The notes beneath the pieces were generated by a model that did not search any database, was not told the origin of the DNA, and saw only the letters and a list, made by a program, of their open reading frames with translations. Positions 37,580 to 46,933 of a stretch of DNA of 64,000 bases are shown in pieces. Source of the DNA: Sumerlaeia bacterium (GTDB taxonomy: Bacteria > Sumerlaeota > Sumerlaeia > SLMS01 > JAHLLQ01); the NCBI GenBank assembly GCA_040219255.1, contig JAVJSW010000001.1, positions 93,794 through 157,793 on the forward strand. The letters are read 5' to 3'. Positions within the stretch are counted from its first letter, which is position 1. Each line of letters opens with the position of its first letter. Made by a program: the position numbers and the translations under genes.

Positions 37580-38659
37580 TCAGGCACCTGGCTTGGGGCG
37601 ATCCCGAAGGATTCGCCAGGCCACCGCCGCGGAATCTCGAAAGCTTCCGCTGCGGTGTCTGGTCGTCAAGGCAAGGCCCATGGCTTGTGCGTCCGAGAGA
37701 GGGCGGGCGAGATGTTGCTCGTGCTGTTTGCCGAACGAGACGGCTCCCAAACCGGGGACTTCCAGGACCAATTCGAGAAACCCGCCCTCCTCGGTGGCCG
37801 CTGTCTCATCGCACTCGATGGCGAAAGCGACCGGATTCGCCTGCGAAACAAAACCCGCGCCGCCGGTCCATTCCCAGCCCAATCGTGACGCAACCCAACC
37901 CGCTAACAAAGCTGCACAGACCGTCAAGCTGGAAGTGGGGTCCTTTTTCGAAGGTGCCAAACGAATGTGGAGGCGGGGCTTCTGGCAGCCGTTGGCGCGA
38001 ACGCCGGGATCGTCGAAGGCGCCGGCGATTTGCTGGCGCAGGGGCTCGAAGCGGAACCAGGAGAGATCGACGACGGGGCAACTGCCGCTTTTCTTCGGGC
38101 ACTCCGCCATCTCCCGCAGGGCCGCCGCCGGATCGGGCAGGTGGGCGCTGTCGCGGACCAGGTAATCGACGGACTTGCGCAGGCTGGTCAGCATGTCTTC
38201 CTGGAGCCCGAGGCCGGACCCGCGGGTCCACAAGGTGGTCGGCACATCGGAAACGAACAGGGGCAGAACGGCGCCGCGCAAGTGCCGGGCCGAGTCCTCG
38301 TTGAACCGCAGGTGGATTTCTTCGCAGCAGACTTGGCGCTGACCGCCGGTCAGGAAGCAGTAGGCGTTCACGCGGGCCTCGATGCCATCGGCCTGCGGGT
38401 GGCGTTCGAGGAGGAAGAGGCGACAGGGGTATTCGGTGACGAGTTGGCGGAAGGCGTCGCGGACCTGGGGGATTTGCTCGGGTCCGCCGAGCCACAGCAG
38501 GTTCCCCAGCGTGATGCGGGTGACGCCGCCATCGCCGTCGCCCGCTTCGTCCTGGCCGCCACGCACGTCCCAGAGTTCGGCGAGTTTGGCCTCGATGGCG
38601 TTGGGGTTCAGCGTCACGGGGAATCCCGGAACAAATTCCTGAGAGGAGAGTGCGGGCAT
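37580..38659 (-). CDS. opcA: Glucose-6-phosphate dehydrogenase assembly protein OpcA
   Basis: Lies between zwf and pgl; IE..L..LW, PCR, AYC, VCCEEI, VLPL..SDVP..LW and DLSW.R motifs. Confidence 0.85.
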   Translation of the reverse strand: MPALSSQEFVPGFPVTLNPNAIEAKLAELWDVRGGQDEAGDGDGGVTRITLGNLLWLGGPEQIPQVRDAFRQLVTEYPCRLFLLERHPQADGIEARVNAYCFLTGGQRQVCCEEIHLRFNEDSARHLRGAVLPLFVSDVPTTLWTRGSGLGLQEDMLTSLRKSVDYLVRDSAHLPDPAAALREMAECPKKSGSCPVVDLSWFRFEPLRQQIAGAFDDPGVRANGCQKPRLHIRLAPSKKDPTSSLTVCAALLAGWVASRLGWEWTGGAGFVSQANPVAFAIECDETAATEEGGFLELVLEVPGLGAVSFGKQHEQHLARPLSDAQAMGLALTTRHRSGSFRDSAAVAWRILRDRPKPGA

Positions 38660-38675
38660 GATGAGGTCCTTCCGC

Positions 38676-40217
38676 CTACAACCGGCGCCAGCCGCCGGGC
38701 AGGTCCTTGACGAGTTCTTTGGCCGAACGGGGGCCCCAGGTTCCCGCATCGTAGTTGGGGAAATCGGTGGGCGGGGCCTCGGCCCAGGCGGTATGGATAC
38801 TGGTGACGAGGCGCCAGGCGCGCTCGACTTCGTCGGAGCGGGTGAAGAGCGAAGCGTCACCCACGACGCCGTCGAGAATGAGGCGCTCGTAGGCTTCCGG
38901 CGTGGCCTGGCCAAAGGACGAGCCATAGCGGAAATCCATCTTCACGTTCTGGAGAACCATGCTCATGCCGGGACGCTTGGCCTCGAACGAGATGGAGATG
39001 CCTTCGTCGGGGGATATGCGCATGACCAGCGTGTTGCTCTGGGTGGCGTCGTTGAAGATCTGGTGGGGCGGCTTCTTGAAGGTGACGGCGATTTCCGTGG
39101 CGCGTTTGGGCAGGCGCTTGCCCACGCGCAGCAGGAACGGCACACCGGCCCAGCGCCAGTTGTTCACGTTCAGCCGCAGCGCCACATAGGTTTCCGTGAC
39201 GGACTCGGGGTTCACGCGTTCTTCCTGGCGATAGCCCTTCACTTCCTTGCCGTTCATCGATCCGGGGCCGTACTGGCCGCGGACGACACGGGCGGCGACT
39301 TCCTCGGGCGTCATTTTCGGCAGGGCCCGCAAGACCCGCACTTTCTCGTCGCGCAGGCTTTCGGCGTCGAGGCTGGCCGGGGGCTCCATCGCCACGAGAC
39401 TGAGGAGTTGAAGGAGATGGTTCTGGCCCACGTCGCGCAGGGCGCCGGCGGTGTCGTAGTACTGGCCGCGATTGCCGCTCATGCCGAGGTCCTCGGCGGC
39501 GGTGATCTGCACGTCCTGGACGTATTGGCTGTTCCAGATGGGCTCGAAGATCGCGTTCGCGAACCGGAAGGTGAGGATGTTCTGGACGGTTTCCTTACCC
39601 AGATAATGATCGATGCGGAAGACTTGGCTTTCGTCGAAGACTTTCGTGACGTGGCGGTTGAGTTCGCGGGCGCTGTCGAGATCGTGGCCGAAGGGCTTCT
39701 CGATGATGAGGCGGGTCCAGGGACCCTTGGAGCTTGGCTTGTGGACCAGGCCGGTGCTGGCGAGATCGTCGAGAACGGACTCGAAGAACTGGGGATCGGT
39801 GGCCAGATAGATGAGGCGGTTGCCGGAGAGGTTGAGGTCCTTCTCGAGCTGCGCGACGCGTTCGTGAAGGGCCGGGTAGTCCTCGGAATTGCCGAAATTG
39901 AGCTGCTGGTAATAGACGCGGGCGAGGAATTCGCGCTCCTCGTCCGCCGTGGGCTTGCGGCGCGAGTGCTCGCGGAGAGCCTCGCGGACGTCCTCGCGCC
40001 AGCCATCGTCGCCCCGGGGCCGGCGGGCCACGCCCAGGATCACGGTATGGGGCGGCAGATAGCCATCGCGCATCAGGTTGAAAAGTGCGGGCGCCAGCTT
40101 GCGCTGCGTCAGATCGCCGGTCGCGCCGAAAACGATCACCACGGGCGGCTCGCCGGGACGCCGGGAACTGGATTCGGAGCGAAAGGGGTTTTCTTGGGAG
40201 ACGGGGGCGGAGGCCAT
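38676..40217 (-). CDS. zwf: Glucose-6-phosphate 1-dehydrogenase
   Basis: FGATGDL, EKPFG, RIDHYLGKE, QNHLLQ, RWAGVPF and AYERL motifs. Confidence 0.97.
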   Translation of the reverse strand: MASAPVSQENPFRSESSSRRPGEPPVVIVFGATGDLTQRKLAPALFNLMRDGYLPPHTVILGVARRPRGDDGWREDVREALREHSRRKPTADEEREFLARVYYQQLNFGNSEDYPALHERVAQLEKDLNLSGNRLIYLATDPQFFESVLDDLASTGLVHKPSSKGPWTRLIIEKPFGHDLDSARELNRHVTKVFDESQVFRIDHYLGKETVQNILTFRFANAIFEPIWNSQYVQDVQITAAEDLGMSGNRGQYYDTAGALRDVGQNHLLQLLSLVAMEPPASLDAESLRDEKVRVLRALPKMTPEEVAARVVRGQYGPGSMNGKEVKGYRQEERVNPESVTETYVALRLNVNNWRWAGVPFLLRVGKRLPKRATEIAVTFKKPPHQIFNDATQSNTLVMRISPDEGISISFEAKRPGMSMVLQNVKMDFRYGSSFGQATPEAYERLILDGVVGDASLFTRSDEVERAWRLVTSIHTAWAEAPPTDFPNYDAGTWGPRSAKELVKDLPGGWRRL

Positions 40218-40493
40218 GATCCGGGGCGATTCCTTGCAACTGAGGACGTGCGGGCGCGAATCGGCCCGGCACGGCGTTAGGCAAACGATGGGCCGCGAGG
40301 CAACCGCGTTGCAAGACCGCGAACCGGAGCGTTTGTGTCCTACTGTGAGGAATTACCCGGCCAGTGGGGCGGCGGCTGGCGGCGCGGAAGTCCAAGGGGC
40401 GAAGGGGCGATTCCGCCAAAAAAAAGGGTTGCTTTTGGGCGAGAGTGAGGCACCGTCAATTACTTCAAAACAAAAAAAACGGGAGAATTTTCG

Positions 40494-40874
40494 ATGAATT
40501 TCCTCAAGTCCCTTCCTTCCCTCCTCGTCGCCGCAGGCTGTCTCGTCTGCTTTTTCGCCCTCACCTCGACGGTTTCCGCCAGCGCGTGTTTGAATGGCCA
40601 TCATTGTACGAATGGTGGCGAAAATTGTGGCCCAACTGTAGGAATGCGCATTTGCACGAAGGACGATCCAGGCATACCCGAACCGTATGGAAAACCCTGC
40701 TACGCTTGCACAGGTGGGAACCAATTGGGCAAGTTCTGCAAGGAAGGTAATGGAACCTGTTATGACGATGGGTTTACGCCGTGTGGAGATAAGATCAAGG
40801 GGGTCTGCAATGGAAGGGGCGGGTGTAACCTAATCGAATCTGTCGGCGGGTGCAACATTCCGGCGTGCACCTAA
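40494..40874 (+). CDS. Small secreted cysteine-rich protein
   Basis: RBS ggaga after an A-rich leader; signal peptide; 13 Cys in ~95-aa Gly/Asn-rich mature part; low GC. Confidence 0.75.
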   Translation: MNFLKSLPSLLVAAGCLVCFFALTSTVSASACLNGHHCTNGGENCGPTVGMRICTKDDPGIPEPYGKPCYACTGGNQLGKFCKEGNGTCYDDGFTPCGDKIKGVCNGRGGCNLIESVGGCNIPACT

Positions 40875-40940
40875 TCACGGCGTCAGTAGGACATCCTGAA
40901 TCCATCCTCCCCTCGGACTGGGAATAAAGAGTCAGTCGCG

Positions 40941-42125
40941 ATGCGAAGCATTTTCCCGCCAAATGTTCCAGCTTTTTGCTGCGGACTTCGAGTCGCCACC
41001 ATAATTGTCGCAATTGTCGTGGCTCCTTCTGGAGTACTTGGAAGTACCCTTAAGGATATACAGAAGGCCTGGGCAGAGACCTTTCCCCAAGACGCTAACT
41101 TCTCTGGATTGGTGCTCAAGAAGTCCGCGCCGCTGGGCAAACTGGACGATAGCTCCGAAATCTATGTGGTTCTCTCCACAGAGATTCGCGTCAACGGAGA
41201 CCGTCTCTTCTATTCGTCCGAAATGTATCAAAACGAAGACCCCAGCACCCTGATCCAGAAGAACGTCGCTGCCTACGATGGCGAATACACCCGGGGATAC
41301 GGCGATCCTCTCACACATCCGATGTCGGGCGCGGTCCGCACGGGCTACACGGAATCGTCGATGGACATTACCGAGTGGCATTTGTTCGGTCCTAAGACAT
41401 GGAACTTTCGCGGCTACCTATGGGATTTGATTTCGGTTCCCGGAGCGTTTGTCGAGGAGACTGCCGATGAGGGTTTCAAGATATCCTTTCCGAACAACCC
41501 GTTCATGGAAAACAATTCTTATATTGTTTATGCCTCCAAAACATACCCATATCTTCCGACCAGACTGGAGGTGTACGTCGGTCCATGGGAGGAACGTCTT
41601 TTGATTTGCCGGGTGGACAATTTCTCCTTTCATGAAGTCCAAGGTGATCGCCTCTGGTTTGCAAGTTATAAAAATACATCTGTGCTCGGTGAAGTCGAGG
41701 CAACCGCCGTTCTGAAGGATTTTGTCTGGTACGACAACGCCGAAGAAAACGCCGATTTCAATATCGAATTCCCCATTGGCACCACCGTGTATTACGAGGA
41801 AACGGACCATTTCGAAAAGATCGGCGATCCGGTGGCCTCTGCGCTCGGCGCGGACGTCGTCGGAGGAAATCGACCGGGGGAATTTCTCGACGACTTGGAC
41901 CTGCCGTCCAAGGGCGCGGCCACGGAGCAAGCCCTCGAGGAGCGTTCGTCTCCCATGCCGAAGCCATCGCCGAGTGCTCTGCTTCCGGTGGAGAGGGCGA
42001 CTGGCGAAACTCCGTCTCCTGCCAGGAGTGGCAACTGGCCGATCTTCCTGATAGGGTTGGGTTTGGTCGCTCTCGGCGTGGCCGCCCACTTCCTTCTCCC
42101 CAAATTCCAGAACGGCAAGAAATAG
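40941..42125 (+). CDS. Exported beta-rich (LolA-like?) protein with C-terminal TM anchor
   Basis: N-terminal hydrophobic leader; AAYDG, YLPTRLEV and FNIEFPIGT motifs; Pro-rich linker, C-terminal TM and KK tail; low GC. Confidence 0.65.
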   Translation: MRSIFPPNVPAFCCGLRVATIIVAIVVAPSGVLGSTLKDIQKAWAETFPQDANFSGLVLKKSAPLGKLDDSSEIYVVLSTEIRVNGDRLFYSSEMYQNEDPSTLIQKNVAAYDGEYTRGYGDPLTHPMSGAVRTGYTESSMDITEWHLFGPKTWNFRGYLWDLISVPGAFVEETADEGFKISFPNNPFMENNSYIVYASKTYPYLPTRLEVYVGPWEERLLICRVDNFSFHEVQGDRLWFASYKNTSVLGEVEATAVLKDFVWYDNAEENADFNIEFPIGTTVYYEETDHFEKIGDPVASALGADVVGGNRPGEFLDDLDLPSKGAATEQALEERSSPMPKPSPSALLPVERATGETPSPARSGNWPIFLIGLGLVALGVAAHFLLPKFQNGKK

Positions 42126-42129
42126 TGCG

Positions 42130-42897
42130 ATGAAGAGCGCCTCGCCCCTATTCCTGGTTCTTTCCCTGTTCGCCGTTTCGGTCGTTTCGCTGAGCGCGCT
42201 CAAGTTACGGCCAGCGGATCAATCCGTCGAGAATAATGAATCGCAGCCCGAAGCGACATCCAATGCGATTCACTCGGGAAACCTCGTTATCTTCCCTAAG
42301 GTAGTCGACTTGGGCGTGGGAATTCCGGAAACCGGCGTGTTGAGAAAGATTGTTTTCCGCAATACGGGGCGGGAAAATATCGAAATTTCCAGCGTTCGGA
42401 CCAATTGCCCTTGCCACATGACGAACTGGAGCGAGGCCGTCTTGCCAGCGGGCGGGGAGATGGCGCTTGAGGTCGATTTTACGGTATATCGGGGGCAATA
42501 CGTGGCCCAGGTGATGATTGCCGCCGTCCAAGACGGAGAGGAAACGATCCACCTGATCGACGCCTACGGCGTGGGCTCCTATCCCAACGAAATCGAATAC
42601 GAGCACCCCTTCTTCGAGAGGCGGCCGGGCGACCACTTGGTCCTGCCAATCAAGTTCACGACAGAGGAAAAGCCGGAAGGCTGGGATTTTTTCTATAAAC
42701 GCCATTCGGACAAGGAATCGCTGCCAGCCAACGAGGCCGCCATTCTCGAAACCGTTCACCATTCCGACCACTACGTCAGCCGGCTGCAAATGACAATTCC
42801 CGTCACGGAAGACTCGGTGCCGAAGTACTCGAAAATCCTCATCACGGGCAAGAAGCCGGGCCTCGAGCCGATCACTTGTCAGGTGGTCGTCCGTTAG
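42130..42897 (+). CDS. DUF1573 domain protein (Ig-like), exported
   Basis: Signal anchor; VDLG...F.NTG...I.I..V.TNCPC.......L..GG...L.V.F pattern. Confidence 0.78.
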   Translation: MKSASPLFLVLSLFAVSVVSLSALKLRPADQSVENNESQPEATSNAIHSGNLVIFPKVVDLGVGIPETGVLRKIVFRNTGRENIEISSVRTNCPCHMTNWSEAVLPAGGEMALEVDFTVYRGQYVAQVMIAAVQDGEETIHLIDAYGVGSYPNEIEYEHPFFERRPGDHLVLPIKFTTEEKPEGWDFFYKRHSDKESLPANEAAILETVHHSDHYVSRLQMTIPVTEDSVPKYSKILITGKKPGLEPITCQVVVR

Positions 42898-43020
42898 GCT
42901 TGTCGGATCGTTCCGCGCTCGTCGCCAGCGATTTGCCCAAACTCGAAGTCATCAGAAACCGGCACCTCGCCGGGACATTCCTCTATCCCGGCGGCGGCCA
43001 TCAACCGCGCGGGGCGTGCC

Positions 43021-44643
43021 TCAGTCGTAGCGCAGCGCCTCGACCGGGTCCATGCGGGCGGCTTTGAAAGCGGGGATGATGCCGGCGAGGAGGCAAATGA
43101 GGAGGGCGCAGCCTGCCAGGAAGCCGATGACGCCGGGTTCGACGATGACCGGCAGGCGGTCGATGAGGTAGACGGCGGAGGGGATTTGGAAAATTTTCTC
43201 GATGTCGCGGTCGACGAACCGGCAAATCCACAGGCCCCAGGCGGTTCCCAGGGTGGTGCCGACGACGCCGATGAAGAAGCCGTGGTAGAGGAAGATCCGC
43301 AGGATCATGGCGCTGGTGGCGCCCATGCTCTTCAGGATGCCGATTTCGCGGGTTTTTTGGGTCACGACCAGGATGAGCGTGCCGATGATGTTGAGCGAGG
43401 CGACGATGACGATGAGCAGCAGGATGATGAACATGGCCACCTTTTCGATCCAGAGGGCTTCGAAGAACTCGGGGTTGATTTCGTCCCAGGTGCGCGTGAA
43501 GACCGATTGGGTGCCGAAGGCTTCGAATAGATTCTCGCGAATCCGGGCGCGGACGACCTGCACCTTTTCCGGTTCGTCGATGCGGATGTGGATGCTGCCG
43601 ACCTGATCCTCGGCGAGGAAGAGGTCCTGCACCGTTGCCATGGTGGCGTACGCGAAGTTCTCGTCCACGTTGTAGATGCCGGTCTGGAAGACGCCGGCGA
43701 CGCGCAGGGAGCGGATGGCGCCCTTGGGCCCGAGGGCGGTGGGGCGGACTTTGCCGAGGGCGTAGATTTTGTCGCCCACGTCGACGCGCAGTTTGCGCGC
43801 CAACTCTTTGCCCAGCAGGACTTCGCGGAACTCGGGGTTTCCCGTGCCAGCCAGGATGCTGTCGGCGGCGGCGACTTCCGTGACTTTGTGTTCGCGGCTG
43901 AAATCGACGCCGCGCAGGAGGGCGCCGACTTTCTCTTCGCCGATGCCGGTGTCGGCCTGGAAGAAGGTCTGGCGGCTGAGCAGCGGCGCGGCGGCGACGA
44001 CGCCGTCGGTGCCTTCCACGATTTCGATGATGCGTTCGGCGTCCTCGGCGGGGAACTCAAAGTCCTCGCCAGCGAAGGGCGGCCAGACCTCGACGTGGGC
44101 GAAGACGCCCATCATGCGCTTCACGAGAATGCTATCGAAACCGTTCATGACGCTGATGACAACGACCAGGGCCATGACGCCGACGCTGACGCCAAGAACG
44201 GAGACGACGGTGATGAGGTTGACCAGCGAACCGCTGGAGCGCGAGATGAGGTAGCGTTTGGAGACGAAGCTCTCGAAGCTGGCGTCGATGACTCGCGACA
44301 GGAGATAGCGGCGGGCTCTGAGGCCGCCGAGGAAGGCGAAGACGGCCGCCACGGCGATCGCAACGGCGAGGCCGAGGTCGCGCAAGTCGTTCACATGACG
44401 TTTGGGGTCCCAGTTCGGGAAGAGCCCATCGGCGACGAGGCGAGGGTCCGGGGCCTGGGCGTAGCCGACGACGAGGACGATGATCTTGATGAGGACATCG
44501 AGGGTGGCGACGCCGAGAAAAAGAAAGAGCGCGAGGAGAAGCAAGTCCATCGCGATACCGCCGAGCCGGGCAAGGAGTTCGTAGGCCGGGCCCCGGCGGG
44601 ACGAGGAGCGCGGAGCTGTCGGCGCCGCGTTGGGATGGGACAT
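43021..44643 (-). CDS. LolC/E-type (MacB/FtsX-like) ABC permease with N-terminal extension
   Basis: RYL...ISVMNGF, AHVEV, LLGKELA..L, TW.E.N, IVA.LNI, K.REIGILK.MGA and IPA.KAARMDPVEALRYD motifs. Confidence 0.9.
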   Translation of the reverse strand: MSHPNAAPTAPRSSSRRGPAYELLARLGGIAMDLLLLALFLFLGVATLDVLIKIIVLVVGYAQAPDPRLVADGLFPNWDPKRHVNDLRDLGLAVAIAVAAVFAFLGGLRARRYLLSRVIDASFESFVSKRYLISRSSGSLVNLITVVSVLGVSVGVMALVVVISVMNGFDSILVKRMMGVFAHVEVWPPFAGEDFEFPAEDAERIIEIVEGTDGVVAAAPLLSRQTFFQADTGIGEEKVGALLRGVDFSREHKVTEVAAADSILAGTGNPEFREVLLGKELARKLRVDVGDKIYALGKVRPTALGPKGAIRSLRVAGVFQTGIYNVDENFAYATMATVQDLFLAEDQVGSIHIRIDEPEKVQVVRARIRENLFEAFGTQSVFTRTWDEINPEFFEALWIEKVAMFIILLLIVIVASLNIIGTLILVVTQKTREIGILKSMGATSAMILRIFLYHGFFIGVVGTTLGTAWGLWICRFVDRDIEKIFQIPSAVYLIDRLPVIVEPGVIGFLAGCALLICLLAGIIPAFKAARMDPVEALRYD

Positions 44644-44667
44644 GGATGATGCAATTCCGTTGGTGTT

Positions 44668-44976
44668 TTAGCTGCCGGCGAGAAGATCGTCGCGCGATTC
44701 GGCGCGGCGCTCGCGGTGAGCCCGCACGCGGGCCCGGTCGCGGCGCTTGGCCATCTCGTTCATAACGATCGAGCCGCGATAAGCCAGGTAGAGCAAGACG
44801 CCCAGCAGAAAAATTCCGCCGCCGGCAATCATCAGACTGCCGCCGACCATGGCGGTATCGCCGCCGCCCGCTCCACCCGCGACAAATCCCATGGCGAGAA
44901 TGATCCCGCCGAAAGCACATAATTTCCACGAAAGGGAGAAAAGTTTCTCCCGTGTCGCCCGCCGAATTCGTTTCAT
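44668..44976 (-). CDS. Small two-TM membrane protein
   Basis: MKRIRR start with RBS (gaagggg); two hydrophobic helices and a basic tail; same strand as the operon. Confidence 0.65.
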   Translation of the reverse strand: MKRIRRATREKLFSLSWKLCAFGGIILAMGFVAGGAGGGDTAMVGGSLMIAGGGIFLLGVLLYLAYRGSIVMNEMAKRRDRARVRAHRERRAESRDDLLAGS

Positions 44977-45092
44977 CCGATTTGCCCCTTCCCATCCTTG
45001 GTTTCGGTCGATTTGGGGGAAGGTCACCACAGAGTTCGCTGTTTGGCAAGGGGGGCGATGGAAAGGAGCGCTTTGGCGGCCATAAAGCGGGA

Positions 45093-45383
45093 TCAGTGCC
45101 GGCCCTTGACCTGGTCCACGTCCGCCTCGGCGGTGGTGATGAATCCCATCACCATCAAGACCATGCCGGCGATGATGGCGGCGCTGGTGATGATTTCCAA
45201 AGCCTGGCCGACAAGCAGCCGGGTGGACTCTTCCTCGGCCCCGGAAACGACCGCGACGGCGACGATAAAGCCAAGGAAGCCAATGACCAGACTGTTGATC
45301 CCGATCCTGAGATAGAGGGCTCGTTTGGAACGGCTTTGCCCCGAACCGGTCGATTTCTTGCGGCGCTGCTTTTTCTTGCTCAT
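45093..45383 (-). CDS. Small two-TM membrane protein
   Basis: ATGA overlap with the lysS stop; basic N-terminus and two hydrophobic helices. Confidence 0.7.
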   Translation of the reverse strand: MSKKKQRRKKSTGSGQSRSKRALYLRIGINSLVIGFLGFIVAVAVVSGAEEESTRLLVGQALEIITSAAIIAGMVLMVMGFITTAEADVDQVKGRH

Positions 45384-46933
45384 GAGGCGTCCTCCGTTGG
45401 CGGCTGATCCTTGGCGCCAGCATCCGCCGCACCCTTCGAGCGCATCAACGGGAATAAGATGACGTCGCGGATTGAGGGGCTGCCGGTGGCCAGCATCACA
45501 AAGCGATCGATCCCCACGCCGAGGCCAGCGGTCGGCGGCATGCCGATTTCCAGCGCGCGGATGTAATCCTCGTCCACCTCGCCGACCGATTCCATGTCGC
45601 CGCCCTTGCGCCGCTCGACTTGCTCCTTGAAGCGCGCGTACTGCTCCGCGGGGTCGTTCAGCTCGCTGTAGCCGTTGGCGATCTCCATGCCGTCGATGTA
45701 AAGCTCGAAGCGGTCGGCCACTTCCGGGTCATCCGGCTTGGACTTGGCCAGGGGCGAGAGGCTCTTGGGGAACTCGATGATGAAGGTCGGTTCCAGCAGC
45801 TTGTGCTCCACCAACTCCTCGAACAGGTGCATGATCGCGTCGCCCGATCCGATGCCATCGGGGATTTCGTGATGGCCAGCGGCGGCGATAACCTGCTCGC
45901 GGGTCATGCTCCAGTGCAGGTCCAGCCCCGCGTGCTCCTTGACGAGATCGAGGATGGTGCGGCGGGCGAAAGGCTTCGCCAGATCGTGGCGGGCGCCTTC
46001 TTCGCCAGCGCGCTGCAGGACGATTTCCGTGCCGCCGGTGGCCGCGCGGCAGGAAGCCTGAAGCAACTGCTCCACGAAATCCATCATGTCCCGCGCGTCC
46101 CAGCCCGCGGCGTACAATTCGAGCATGGTGAACTCGGGGTTGTGCTGGGTGCTGACGCCTTCGTTACGGAAGTTGCGATTGATTTCGTAAACGCGGTGCA
46201 TGCCGCCGACGACGAGACGCTTGAGGTAAAGCTCGGGAGCGATGCGCAGGTAGAGCGTCATATCCAGCGCGTTGTGATGCGTGACGAAGGGCCGGGCCGA
46301 GGCGCCGCCATAGAGCGGCTGCATCATCGGCGTTTCGACTTCCAGGAAGTCCTGATCGTCGAGCCACCGGCGCATTCCGCTGACGAGCTTCGAGCGCGTC
46401 TTGAACACCTCGCGCACGTCCGGGTTCACGGCGAGGTCCAGCGAGCGCTGGCGATAGCGCAATTCCTTGTCCGTCAGGCCCGCCCACTTCTCCGGCAGGG
46501 GCCGTGTGTTCTTGGCCAGCAGCTTGAGATCGTTGGCTTTGATACTGAGTTCGCCGGTCTTGGTGATGAAGGCGACGCCAGTCACGCCGACAATATCGCC
46601 GTGGTCCATGAAATCCTTGTAGTGCTGGAAGGCGGTTTCCGGCAGGTCCTGCATGCGCAGGAAGACCTGGATCTGACCGGTGTGATCGCGCAGGTGGAAG
46701 AAGGCGGCCTTGCCCATGCGCCGGATGTTGATGGCACGGCCCAGGGCGCTGACGACCACCTCCTCCTTGTCGACGAAGGCATCGGGGTTGGCGACGATTT
46801 CCGCGGCGGTGTGGGTGATGGGGAACTTGGCGGGATAGGGATCGAAGCCCGCCTCGCGCAGGCCGGCCACCTTGCCGTAGCGCACCTCCTGGAGGTCGTT
46901 GTGATCGGGCAGGAAAGGAAATGTCTGGCTCAT
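45380..46933 (-). CDS. lysS: Lysine--tRNA ligase (class II)
   Basis: MGKAAF, RYRQR..DL, LYLRIAPELYLKRL, FRNEG, HNPEFTMLE and GMPPTAG.G.GIDR motifs; start at MSQTF. Confidence 0.97.
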   Translation of the reverse strand: MSQTFPFLPDHNDLQEVRYGKVAGLREAGFDPYPAKFPITHTAAEIVANPDAFVDKEEVVVSALGRAINIRRMGKAAFFHLRDHTGQIQVFLRMQDLPETAFQHYKDFMDHGDIVGVTGVAFITKTGELSIKANDLKLLAKNTRPLPEKWAGLTDKELRYRQRSLDLAVNPDVREVFKTRSKLVSGMRRWLDDQDFLEVETPMMQPLYGGASARPFVTHHNALDMTLYLRIAPELYLKRLVVGGMHRVYEINRNFRNEGVSTQHNPEFTMLELYAAGWDARDMMDFVEQLLQASCRAATGGTEIVLQRAGEEGARHDLAKPFARRTILDLVKEHAGLDLHWSMTREQVIAAAGHHEIPDGIGSGDAIMHLFEELVEHKLLEPTFIIEFPKSLSPLAKSKPDDPEVADRFELYIDGMEIANGYSELNDPAEQYARFKEQVERRKGGDMESVGEVDEDYIRALEIGMPPTAGLGVGIDRFVMLATGSPSIRDVILFPLMRSKGAADAGAKDQPPTEDAS

